A stretch of DNA of 52,634 nucleotides from an uncultured Candidatus Berkelbacteria bacterium (GTDB taxonomy: Bacteria > Patescibacteriota > UBA1384 > CAILIB01): positions 1-52,634 of the forward strand of contig CAILIB010000033.1 in assembly GCA_903834195.1 (NCBI GenBank), read 5' to 3'. Positions 44,553 to 52,634 of the stretch are shown here, piece after piece. Each line of letters starts with the position of its first letter. Position 1 is the stretch's first letter. Below the pieces are notes generated by a model that searched no databases, was not told where the DNA came from, and was given only the letters and a program-made list of their open reading frames with translations. Position numbers and translations under genes: made by a program.

Positions 44553-44591
44553 GACATTATAGTACCATCTAAACATCCTATTCCCTTAAAT

Positions 44592-45794
44592 ATGTACACT
44601 CCTCCGGCAGAAATATTGGAGAAATACGCCAATGTATTGATTAACTTTGCTTTAAACAGTGGTGAAGGTATCAAGCCCGGTGAAACTGCGTACATTCGTG
44701 TGCCTGAATGTGCAAAAGCGATGTATGTTCCATTACGTAATGCAGTTGTGAAAGCAGGGGGGTATACGATTATGCAATTTACTCCAGATGGAGTTGATCC
44801 CGAGTCGTTATTTGAACTTTCTAGTGATGAACAGTTGACTCATTTCCATCAACCGTACTACAAAGGGCTTATTGATAGTATTGATCATGCAGTTACAGTT
44901 ATTGCCGAAGCTGATAAATATGAGTATGCCAATATTTCTCCTGAGAAAATCATGTTGCGTTCTAAGTCGATGCAGCCGTTTATGAAGTATCGCGAAGAAA
45001 AGGAATCAGCTGGTAAATTTACCTGGACACTAGGTTTATTTGGCACTCCAGCAATGGCTGCTGAAGTTGATATGACAGAAGAGGAGTATTGGCAGGAAAT
45101 TATAAACGCGTGCTTTCTTGATGAAGCTGATCCAGTCGCTAAATGGAAAGACGTTCAGCGTGAACTAGAGCGTGTTCGAGCAGAACTTAACGCACTCAAA
45201 ATTGATCACGTTCACGTTGTTGGTGATGGTATAGATCTTACTGTGGGCATTGGTGAAAATAGGCAATGGCTTGGTGGGTCAGGTCGAAATATCCCTAGTT
45301 TTGAACTATTTGTTTCACCTGATTGGCGACGGACTGAAGGTGTGATTTCTTTTAATCAACCGCTGTATCAGTACGGAAATCGAATGAGTGGAATTACGCT
45401 CACGTTTAAAAATGGTGAAATAGTTGAAGCGACTGCGCTAGAAAATGAAGGCATGCTAAAAGAACTTGTTGGACAAGTTAATGCAAATAAAATTGGTGAA
45501 TTTTCTCTAACAGATGGCCGCATGTCACGTATTACTCGAGTCATGGCTGAAACGTTATATGACGAGAATATTGGTGGCCCATTCGGGAATACTCACATCG
45601 CTGTGGGTAATGCGTACAAGGATAGTTTCCCAGGTGATATTGCTGCTGTTACAGATCAACAATGGAACGACATGGGATATAACGAATCAATTGTGCACAC
45701 AGATATAATCAGTACAGCTGATCGAACTGTTACGGCAACATTGCCAGATGGTACTGAAAAAATAATTTACCAGTCAGGTAAATTTACGCTTTAG
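44592..45794 (+). CDS. Aminopeptidase, M29 (AmpS/PepS) family
   Basis: LEKYANVLINFALNSGEGIKPGE N-terminus and the HIAVGNAY block. ATG 44592 chosen. The longer ORF from 44430 overlaps the divergent gene. Confidence 0.85.
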   Translation: MYTPPAEILEKYANVLINFALNSGEGIKPGETAYIRVPECAKAMYVPLRNAVVKAGGYTIMQFTPDGVDPESLFELSSDEQLTHFHQPYYKGLIDSIDHAVTVIAEADKYEYANISPEKIMLRSKSMQPFMKYREEKESAGKFTWTLGLFGTPAMAAEVDMTEEEYWQEIINACFLDEADPVAKWKDVQRELERVRAELNALKIDHVHVVGDGIDLTVGIGENRQWLGGSGRNIPSFELFVSPDWRRTEGVISFNQPLYQYGNRMSGITLTFKNGEIVEATALENEGMLKELVGQVNANKIGEFSLTDGRMSRITRVMAETLYDENIGGPFGNTHIAVGNAYKDSFPGDIAAVTDQQWNDMGYNESIVHTDIISTADRTVTATLPDGTEKIIYQSGKFTL

Positions 45795-46389
45795 CTTTGT
45801 GATTACGCAGTGCCCGGATTCCTGATGGAAGAATTGATACCACAAGAATCAGCGCTGTAATAGGGAGAATGTAGTTATCGATGTTTGGAACTGCTTTACC
45901 AAGAATAAAGCCAAGAATCATGACCCCAGAGGTCCACAGAATTCCACCACAAACGTTGTAGATCATGAAGGTTCGGTAGTTCATCTCACTTATCCCAGCA
46001 AGAATTGGTGCGAACGTTCGAGCGAAAGGAACGAAACGTGCAATGACCAAAGTCTGAGCACCGTTCTTTTCGTAGAAATCATGAGCTTTGTGAAGGTGTT
46101 CTTTATTAAAGAAATGGCTATCTTTTCGGTTGAAAAGAGCAGGTCCAATCTTTTTACCGAATGCGTATCCAACTTGATTACCAATAATTGTTGCAATACC
46201 GGTGATCAGACAGAGAAATAGCAGGTTGAAGTGTCCTTCAGAGGCGAGTAGTCCTAATGGAAAGAGGAGGCTGTCTCCAGGTAGTACGAAACCAATTAAT
46301 AGACCTGATTCAGCAAATATAGTAACGAATACTGCAATGTACGCGAGTGCTGGTCCAAGTCCAATAATGTATGTTTCGAAAAATCCCAT
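45784..46389 (-). CDS. DedA/SNARE-associated family membrane protein
   Basis: FAESGLLIGFVLPGDSLL and RFVPFARTFAPILAG blocks. Confidence 0.85.
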   Translation of the reverse strand: MGFFETYIIGLGPALAYIAVFVTIFAESGLLIGFVLPGDSLLFPLGLLASEGHFNLLFLCLITGIATIIGNQVGYAFGKKIGPALFNRKDSHFFNKEHLHKAHDFYEKNGAQTLVIARFVPFARTFAPILAGISEMNYRTFMIYNVCGGILWTSGVMILGFILGKAVPNIDNYILPITALILVVSILPSGIRALRNHKAKA

Positions 46390-46393
46390 GAAT

Positions 46394-47467
46394 TTAGAGT
46401 ATCAGATGGTTATCTATATGGCTACGGATGATACTTTCTACTTCAGCAAGATTACTTACGCGCATTAACCTACTGCGTAATTCTTTAGCGCCATCAAATG
46501 AGCGAGTGTAATCGAGAAGGTGTTTACGCATTCGAACGAAGTTCTTTTCACCGGCTGTCTTTGCAAAATACGTTGCGTGTTCTAGTGCAACTTCGAGGCG
46601 TTCTTTTTCGGTAGGAGTATGATCAGTGAAAATCCAAGGATTTCCAAATGCAGCCCTACCAATCAATACCCCGTCTACGCCATAGGTTGTGCAGTGTTCT
46701 AGGGCATCCTCTTTATTTTTTACATCACCATTTCCGAGTACGCTTGTACCTGTGCTGTGTATAATTTTTGCTGCACGAGAAATCGCGTCCCAATCTGCAA
46801 AACCTGTGTAAAGCTGCTTTAGGGTTCGGCCATGAAGTGTGATGTTGGCAGGAGTTTCTTCTAAAAGGTGTTGTACCCAATCCTCAACCGTCACACTGTC
46901 ATAGCCAATTCGGGTTTTAACCGAAACAGGTAGTAGTTGGCGTGAAGTTATTCCTAAAGCGTTCCTTCTAGCTTCAATTAATGGGATAAGATTTTCTGGT
47001 ACTCCAAGCTGTTGAAGACTTGATCCTTCTGCCCAGGCTTTATTACCAGCTTTGGTTTTGCGAATAATTTCCGTTGCACGTTCTGGATCTAGAATAAGTG
47101 AAGCGCCGGCACCTCGTTGGGCAACGCTTTTAGCAGGACAGCCCATATTAATATCAATCCCGTTAAAACCTAGAGCAGACACTACAGCTGATGCAATAAA
47201 GAAGGCGTCTGGGTCTGCGCCAAAAATTTGGCCTAATACGGGTCGTTCTTCTTCGCAATAAAGGAAATCTTCTAATAGTCGTTCTGCACCGGCCCTGATC
47301 CCTTCAGCGGCAGTAAACTCAGTGAATGTTATACTTGGATGGCCGTATCGTGCTGTGAGAGCTCGGAAAGTAGCATCTGTTACCCCATCCATTGGTGCAA
47401 GACCAATAATGGGATACGAAAGTGTATCCCAAAATCCACGGGTCATTTTTTCGATTTGCTGGTACAC
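46394..47467 (-). CDS. dus: tRNA-dihydrouridine synthase
   Basis: GLAPMDGVTDATFR, GIDINMGCP (catalytic Cys), TLHGRT. Confidence 0.9.
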   Translation of the reverse strand: MYQQIEKMTRGFWDTLSYPIIGLAPMDGVTDATFRALTARYGHPSITFTEFTAAEGIRAGAERLLEDFLYCEEERPVLGQIFGADPDAFFIASAVVSALGFNGIDINMGCPAKSVAQRGAGASLILDPERATEIIRKTKAGNKAWAEGSSLQQLGVPENLIPLIEARRNALGITSRQLLPVSVKTRIGYDSVTVEDWVQHLLEETPANITLHGRTLKQLYTGFADWDAISRAAKIIHSTGTSVLGNGDVKNKEDALEHCTTYGVDGVLIGRAAFGNPWIFTDHTPTEKERLEVALEHATYFAKTAGEKNFVRMRKHLLDYTRSFDGAKELRSRLMRVSNLAEVESIIRSHIDNHLIL

Positions 47468-47498
47468 TTGTAGTAGTAAGGATTAGTAATAGTTCCCA

Positions 47499-47870
47499 AT
47501 GGCATCTACTCAAACACCACCACCTGCAGATTTCACTGAGTTCGAGAATCCTAACTCTGCAAGTGTTGATCGTTTAGTGCAATCTCTTGATCGCGCCTAC
47601 CATCGGCCTGGCTTATTAGTGTGGAGAAGTTTCTTGTCAGGAATATTCTATGCACTAGGTGTGACTATCGGGTTCACTATAGTTATTACCATTAGTGCGT
47701 TTATCCTGCAATCTTTAGGCGGTATTAGTTTCTTCCAGCCATTTATAAATCGTCTAGATGATATGATTACAAATCGTTTGCAGACAACTGCAGTGAATAC
47801 CCAGCAACAGCAAATTGATCAGTTACTGCAAAAGTATTCGTCACCAACACCGACAGTATCACCAAAATAG
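47499..47870 (+). CDS. Small membrane protein of unknown function (DUF5665-like by recollection)
   Basis: 123 aa. LLVWRSFLSGIFYALGVTIGFTIVITISAFIL hydrophobic core. Confidence 0.4.
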   Translation: MASTQTPPPADFTEFENPNSASVDRLVQSLDRAYHRPGLLVWRSFLSGIFYALGVTIGFTIVITISAFILQSLGGISFFQPFINRLDDMITNRLQTTAVNTQQQQIDQLLQKYSSPTPTVSPK

Positions 47871-47873
47871 TAT

Positions 47874-49274
47874 ATGAAAAAAACAGCACTTATTTTGTTT
47901 GGGGCAACCGGAGATCTTTCTCGAGAAAAGTTATTTCCTGCACTGTTTCAGTTATGGCAGCGGGGTAAATTAGAGGAAAATCTCCATATTTTTGCTATTG
48001 GACGAAGAGAATATTCAGACGCAGATTTTTATGCTCATATAAGTGCAGGAGAACGTCAGTACGATGCTGAATTTTTAGCGTTAGTACAGTACATGCATAT
48101 GGACTTTTTGAGTTCAGACGCCTATAGCATTCTTGCTGCACATCTCGAAGAATATGATAATAGAGCATTCTACTTAGCTGTTCCACCGGATTCCTACGAG
48201 GTAATAGTGCAGCACATTTCATCTTCTGGAGCGTATCGTGAACATGAGTATGGGTGGAGTCGTATTGTTATAGAAAAACCATTTGGAACAAACGAGTCAT
48301 CAGCGCACGAGTTGAATAATCTAGTCTGTTCTTTATTTAATGAAGAGAACACATACCGTATTGATCACTATTTGGGTAAAGAAACAGTAGAGAATATTTT
48401 AGCGTTTCGCTTTTCTAACCCGCTCTTTGAATCTGTTTGGTCTGCGGATCACATTGATCATATTCAAATTACGGCGGCTGAAAAACACGGACTTCAAGGT
48501 CGGACAGCTTTTTATTCTAAAGTTGGGGCAACAAAAGACATTATCCAGAATCACTTGATGCAGTTAGTTACGTTACTAACGATGGATGAACCTGCTGAAT
48601 TAAGTTTTGATGGACTTGCAGAGGCTAAAATGGCTATACTGCGAAGCCTTCATGCAGATAGTGCCCAAAGTGTTTTTGGTCAGTATGACGCCGATCAAGT
48701 GCAGGATGAGTTAGGGAATGCTGAAACGTATGTCATGACTACATTTGAGATTGATTCGCCACGTTGGTCTGGTGTCCCTATCTATGTACGTACAGGTAAA
48801 TGTTTAGCAGAACGTGTTACGGAAGTTTCTGTGTATTTTAAGCAGGATCAGCATGCCTTATTTAATTTGAAAGAGGATGTTGGAGGTGGAAACGTTGTAA
48901 CCTTCCGAATTCAGCCTAATGAAGGCATATTTGTTCGTTTTGCAGTAAAGACACCAAATAAGCATCGTGAAATTCGTTCTGCACAGATGGTGTATTGTTA
49001 CGGGGGGCCAGGTTCAGAAAGACTCGTAGACGCATACGAGAACCTTTTTGAAGCTGTTTTTCAAGGTCATCACAGTATTGCATTACGCAGTGATATCATT
49101 GAAGAAAGTTGGCGAATTGTTGATGAACTTCTTAAAGATCGAGATTCAATTCCACTTGAAACGTATGCAAGCGGAAGTTGGGGGCCTGAAGCTGCTGATG
49201 CAGTATTACGAGCTGGTGGTCGTAGGTGGCAAGTTGAAGATCAGAATGTTTGTAACGGCGTAACAATAATTTAG
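47874..49274 (+). CDS. zwf: Glucose-6-phosphate 1-dehydrogenase
   Basis: LFGATGDLSREKLFPAL dinucleotide motif, RIDHYLGKE active-site block, 466 aa. Confidence 0.95.
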   Translation: MKKTALILFGATGDLSREKLFPALFQLWQRGKLEENLHIFAIGRREYSDADFYAHISAGERQYDAEFLALVQYMHMDFLSSDAYSILAAHLEEYDNRAFYLAVPPDSYEVIVQHISSSGAYREHEYGWSRIVIEKPFGTNESSAHELNNLVCSLFNEENTYRIDHYLGKETVENILAFRFSNPLFESVWSADHIDHIQITAAEKHGLQGRTAFYSKVGATKDIIQNHLMQLVTLLTMDEPAELSFDGLAEAKMAILRSLHADSAQSVFGQYDADQVQDELGNAETYVMTTFEIDSPRWSGVPIYVRTGKCLAERVTEVSVYFKQDQHALFNLKEDVGGGNVVTFRIQPNEGIFVRFAVKTPNKHREIRSAQMVYCYGGPGSERLVDAYENLFEAVFQGHHSIALRSDIIEESWRIVDELLKDRDSIPLETYASGSWGPEAADAVLRAGGRRWQVEDQNVCNGVTII

Positions 49275-49290
49275 ACACGTTTCATATAAA

Positions 49291-50274
49291 ATGGCTAAGA
49301 CGCTCGCCGAGCTACACTTCGAAAAGATACGTGGACATGCACTTCGTCATAAAAAACGGGCGGAGAAGGCTTTTAATGAAACACATCGTCATGCGAACGC
49401 TCTTTTTCGCAAACATAAAGTTGTTCTTGGAAAGATTCGACACCATACAATTCGTAGCGCTGCGCTCGCTGGTGTTTCTGTAGGAATTCTAGCGGCACCT
49501 GCAATCGCAACTTCGGGACCTCAGATTGCATTTGCCTCTCCTCTAAATCATATCTCTCTCGCAAGACTTGTAGTTCAGGATCGGCAAGATCAGCTCGGTA
49601 TTCAAAAAATTCCAAGCACAGATCAGTATGGTCCATCTGCAAAATTGGCAAGTTTAGCTGGTCTTGTACCAGCTAAAATCAAGGAAATTGCACCTGAGTA
49701 TCAAGATAATCTAACTGATGCCCAGGCTGCGCAGTTCTCTCAAGTTATTCAAGAAGTGTATAACGTGAAAGTTACAAACCAACTAGATGGGGTAAGACTC
49801 TATCGTAATCAAGGAATTATAGCGGGTGAGCAACATTTACCACTGTATCCTGGTCAACCTCTAAGCGAGCATGTTTCTGATCCGACAAGAAATCTCACAG
49901 GTATGGTTCCTGGACTTCCTGCGTATGGGTATTTTGCAAACAATAGACAGAGTGTTACTCAGTTAGACATAAGTCGTGAGGAATACTACATGGCTTTGCA
50001 AACATTTCTGACACCGGGTTGGTCTCAGGATTACGAACATCTGTATTCTTGGTTCAAATATCGAGAAATGTTCATCATAAATCCTGAAACTGGTGATGCG
50101 GTAAAGGTTGATATTGGTGACTCAGGTCCTGGATTATCCACACATCGACAGTTTGGTGGTTCAAATGAGGTTATTATGGGGCTTGGCCTTGGGGCAGTTC
50201 GAACAGGTCATGTCTATGTATTCTTTGTAGATCCTTCAGACAAAACTCCGCTTGGCCCTCTTGGACAACGTTAA
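49291..50274 (+). CDS. Membrane-anchored exoprotein with a C-terminal RlpA-like double-psi beta-barrel (DPBB)-like region
   Basis: Basic N-terminus, TM helix (AALAGVSVGILAAPAIA). The C-terminal MFIINPETGDAVKVDIGDSGPG...GGSNEVIMGLGLG resembles the DPBB core (v.V.n..gk.v.v.i.DrGP). Confidence 0.4.
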   Translation: MAKTLAELHFEKIRGHALRHKKRAEKAFNETHRHANALFRKHKVVLGKIRHHTIRSAALAGVSVGILAAPAIATSGPQIAFASPLNHISLARLVVQDRQDQLGIQKIPSTDQYGPSAKLASLAGLVPAKIKEIAPEYQDNLTDAQAAQFSQVIQEVYNVKVTNQLDGVRLYRNQGIIAGEQHLPLYPGQPLSEHVSDPTRNLTGMVPGLPAYGYFANNRQSVTQLDISREEYYMALQTFLTPGWSQDYEHLYSWFKYREMFIINPETGDAVKVDIGDSGPGLSTHRQFGGSNEVIMGLGLGAVRTGHVYVFFVDPSDKTPLGPLGQR

Positions 50275-50283
50275 CGTACACAT

Positions 50284-50595
50284 ATGCATGTATTCTACGA
50301 TCACCTCACCGATTTAAACGAAGTTCAAACTATTCTTAGTTCACAGCTACAGCCTGAACAAGTTGATGAAATATTGGCACTTCTAGATGAAGCCTTACAT
50401 CATCATGTGTTTCAGGTCGTACTTGATGCAATTCCATTACAAACCCATGATCAATTTATTAAGCAGTTTGCTGCCGATCCATCGTCAGTTGATCATCTGA
50501 CGTTCATTCGGCAATATGCGCCAGATATAGAAGATCAGATTAGGATTGTTTCACAAAGAGAGAATCAACGGTTTATTGATGCAATTCATGCCTAG
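50284..50595 (+). CDS. Hypothetical acidic, His-rich protein
   Basis: 103-aa ORF with tight spacing to its neighbours. No motif recognised. Confidence 0.4.
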   Translation: MHVFYDHLTDLNEVQTILSSQLQPEQVDEILALLDEALHHHVFQVVLDAIPLQTHDQFIKQFAADPSSVDHLTFIRQYAPDIEDQIRIVSQRENQRFIDAIHA

Positions 50596-50615
50596 GCTTG
50601 TGTTAAACTAAATGT

Positions 50616-51116
50616 ATGTTAAAGAAGAAATTACGCGTTACTGAACCATATACGTACAAGGTCATGATGGACTGGTGGGTAATTCTTCCAGTTAGCTTGT
50701 TGTTAATTCTGATGGTCGCAATTATTCCAATGCTGACAATTCTGGATATTACCCATGTTGAGCAATTGGTTGTAGGACTAATTGTGTCATTTACCATTCT
50801 CTATATTGTTGATACTGCATTTTTCACCTACTATCTCCTTACCGACACTGCATTAATTGTAGCTAGTCAGATGCGCCATTTTGAGTTTCCGTACCGTGCT
50901 ATGCGTGAAGTTCGACCAATCGGACTTCGTGGGCTCTTCTCGTTTAGAGGAAGAAAGCGCTTTTCAGCATCGTTGCATGGGTACCAAATATCTCTACGTG
51001 GTGAGCATTGGAAAACTATTACAATTAGTCCGGTAAACCGGGATACCTTTATCAGTGAACTAATGGAGCATGTCGAACAAGAGCGTTCTGGTAGGGCTAC
51101 GGTTGTTCGTTCTTAA
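50616..51116 (+). CDS. Membrane protein (2 TM) with a possible bacterial PH (bPH_2/YdbS-like) domain
   Basis: Two N-terminal TM helices, then YYLLTDTALIVASQMRHFEFPYRAMREVRP, reminiscent of the bPH fold. Confidence 0.35.
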   Translation: MLKKKLRVTEPYTYKVMMDWWVILPVSLLLILMVAIIPMLTILDITHVEQLVVGLIVSFTILYIVDTAFFTYYLLTDTALIVASQMRHFEFPYRAMREVRPIGLRGLFSFRGRKRFSASLHGYQISLRGEHWKTITISPVNRDTFISELMEHVEQERSGRATVVRS

Positions 51117-51119
51117 GCT

Positions 51120-51767
51120 ATGAAACCAATTGTAATTTTTGCGTCACTATTTTGTATTTTTTTGATTGGGGCAGCACTATTTCTGGGAACACACGATTCT
51201 GGTGGTTCTCGACTAATAAATATGGATCCGCAGTATACTCAGCGAACTGTTGATGGGTATTGGAAGCGAGGATCTGATACTCCAAAGGTTACCCTAGATG
51301 TTTACAGTGATTTTCAGTGTGAAGCATGTGTGGTTGAGTACCCAATTATTGAAGCTGCTATGCAAACTGCAGGTCCATCAGTTCAGTTACGATTTCATGA
51401 GTTTCCTCTTAATACTAGTCCAACTTCGATTTTGGCAGCTGAAGCCGCTGAGTCAGCCGGAAGACAGGGAAAGTTTTGGTTAATGTATCAGCGTCTATAT
51501 TCAACTCATACAGCTTGGATGAACCAATCACAGGATCAATTACTCGCTACCTTTCTTGGGTATGCAAAAGAGTTTGGAATGAATCCTGATCAATTTAAAC
51601 GTGATTTTAACGACAGTTCACTCACAGACCAAATCGATGTCGATGTAAAAAATGGAAACAATTTACATGTTCAAAGTATTCCAACCTTTTTCATAAATGG
51701 TAAATTATCTCCTTTACCTCAATCGTCCACCGAGCTTATGTCACAGTTAAATTCGATGACATATTAA
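51120..51767 (+). CDS. DsbA/BdbD-like thioredoxin-fold thiol:disulfide oxidoreductase, membrane-anchored
   Basis: N-terminal anchor. YSDFQCEAC CxxC active site. C-terminal IPTFFING (cis-Pro loop type). Confidence 0.8.
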   Translation: MKPIVIFASLFCIFLIGAALFLGTHDSGGSRLINMDPQYTQRTVDGYWKRGSDTPKVTLDVYSDFQCEACVVEYPIIEAAMQTAGPSVQLRFHEFPLNTSPTSILAAEAAESAGRQGKFWLMYQRLYSTHTAWMNQSQDQLLATFLGYAKEFGMNPDQFKRDFNDSSLTDQIDVDVKNGNNLHVQSIPTFFINGKLSPLPQSSTELMSQLNSMTY

Positions 51768-51768
51768 T

Positions 51769-52634
51769 ATGCAAGTTCCTGCTGCAATCTCGGTTAGTCA
51801 GGCTATTACACTCTGTAATACTGCGCTCAATGATTACACCCTTTCAATTGAGGGCGAGGTTTCAGGATACTCACTCAGTCGTGGTCAATTTGTTTTTTTC
51901 GATTTAAAAGATGAGGAGAAGGAGGCTCGACTTTCATGTTTCATGATGGTTCACCAATTAACTGTCCCAGTGGAAGATGGAATGCGTGTAGTAGTTACAG
52001 GGCGGCCAGGCATTTTTGTTAAAAGTGGAAAGTTTAGTATTACACTTCAAAAAGTTGAACCAAAAGGTGAGGGGAGTGTACGGCGTGCATTTGAACTTTT
52101 AAAGAAGAATTTACACGAAGAAGGGTTGTTTGCACTAGATAGAAAGCGGCCGCTTCCGTTGTATCCAAAAAATGTAGGTATTATTTCTTCTTCGGACGCA
52201 GCTGGGTATGGCGACTTTATGCGGATAGTTGAAACTCGCTTACGAGGTATTCACTTCACGATGGCAAATGTTGCTGTGCAGGGTAAGGATGCTGAATCGG
52301 AAATTTGTACGGCGTTTGACCATTTGAATTCGCACTATGCACTCGACGTAATTGTGCTCATTCGAGGAGGGGGCAGTATAGAAGATCTTCATGCGTTTAA
52401 TAGTGAGCCAGTTGCACGTGCAATAGTGCGCTCAAAGGCTCCAGTGCTTGTTGGTGTGGGTCATGAGCGAGATATTACCATTGCTGACTTCTGTGCTGAT
52501 GTACGTGCCTCTACACCATCTAATGCGGCTCAAATTTTGCTCCCTACACCCGATGAAGTCCGGGCGATTGTAGGACGATTAATCCAAGATGGGCATCGAA
52601 GGGTAGAGAACCATATAAACCTTCTGCGTGAACA
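51769..52634 (+). CDS. xseA: Exodeoxyribonuclease VII large subunit (partial, 3' end outside window)
   Basis: ATG 51769, open to the right edge. OB-fold N-terminus (IEGEVSGYSLSRGQFVFFDLKD), then NVGIISSSDAAGYGDF and LIRGGGSIEDL blocks. Absent from the ORF track because there is no stop in the window. Confidence 0.9.
   Translation, partial: MQVPAAISVSQAITLCNTALNDYTLSIEGEVSGYSLSRGQFVFFDLKDEEKEARLSCFMMVHQLTVPVEDGMRVVVTGRPGIFVKSGKFSITLQKVEPKGEGSVRRAFELLKKNLHEEGLFALDRKRPLPLYPKNVGIISSSDAAGYGDFMRIVETRLRGIHFTMANVAVQGKDAESEICTAFDHLNSHYALDVIVLIRGGGSIEDLHAFNSEPVARAIVRSKAPVLVGVGHERDITIADFCADVRASTPSNAAQILLPTPDEVRAIVGRLIQDGHRRVENHINLLRE

Noticed and set aside
21201-44591. N-terminal extensions of ORFs in the track: 21201 (HAD), 22320 (DUF1697), 36013 (SGNH), 44430 (aminopeptidase), 24577 (GIY-YIG), 16585 (membrane protein), 44576 (His phosphatase), 17730 (csrA).
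   Set aside because: The extensions overlap neighbouring genes or divergent promoters, start at GTG/TTG without an RBS, and add sequence absent from the family N-termini. Internal ATGs coincide with the conserved family start, several with a clear GGAGG.
1-52634. Search for tRNA, rRNA, CRISPR arrays, IS elements, transposases, integrases, phage genes and classical defence systems.
   Set aside because: The few intergenic regions longer than 100 nt (3700-3824, 5318-5448, 32995-33158, 39471-39669, 43358-43459) contain promoters and hairpins only. I saw no direct-repeat arrays, no cloverleaf-like GC-rich segments and no recombinase motifs. The GIY-YIG, EVE and DEAD-box genes are stand-alone housekeeping-type versions without defence partners.
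1-52634. Alternative genetic code (UGA recoding, as in some reduced candidate-phylum genomes).
   Set aside because: TGA terminates well-conserved genes at the expected length (cydA 13497-13499, padR 25646-25648, response regulator 39468-39470, first ORF 579-581). No conserved gene is interrupted by an in-frame TGA.

Overview
This 52.6-kb window is a chromosomal segment from a compact, AT-rich bacterial genome (roughly 40% GC by eye, not computed). It uses the standard genetic code: TGA ends several well-conserved genes at their expected length. I support about 62 protein-coding genes on both strands. Coding density is very high, with many 4-26 nt start/stop overlaps and convergent genes whose 3' ends overlap. 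I found no rRNA, tRNA, CRISPR array, transposase or integrase by eye, so this looks like core chromosome rather than a mobile island.

Gene content falls into three groups:
- Housekeeping genes: ddl, galU, zwf, dus, xseA, a Clp ATPase, a DEAD-box helicase and an M29 aminopeptidase.
- Envelope and export genes: two GT4 glycosyltransferases, a PIG-L deacetylase, an SGNH hydrolase, an LPXTG protein, a PcsB-like hydrolase, a stand-alone RND pump, a MacB-type ABC system and a PadR-controlled heterodimeric ABC exporter.
- A dense set of oxygen/redox genes: a split NOX-like reductase with ApbE, an FMN-binding exoprotein, cytochrome bd, a HemAT-like globin sensor, a DsbB/DsbA-like pair, two peroxiredoxins, a VIT1 iron transporter and a Crp/Fnr regulator.

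The LPXTG signal, the RND pump without partner genes and the BdbC/BdbD-type oxidoreductases suggest a monoderm-type envelope. The taxon cannot be assigned from the sequence alone.

The most interesting observations are:
1. A translationally coupled FNR-like / ApbE / di-haem ferric-reductase-domain operon, that is, a split NOX-like module.
2. A cytochrome bd operon whose second subunit is only 172 aa.
3. csrA interrupted at an A8 run that forms a canonical -1 slippery heptamer, with the conserved C-terminus in the -1 frame.
4. A two-component operon carrying an unannotated 39-codon ORF, a histidine kinase split at an A7 run, and a translationally coupled 609-aa protein that combines class II (DxDDTA) and class I (DDxxD / NDxxxxxxE) terpene-synthase-like motifs.

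All functional calls rest on motif recognition from the translated ORFs. No database search was possible.
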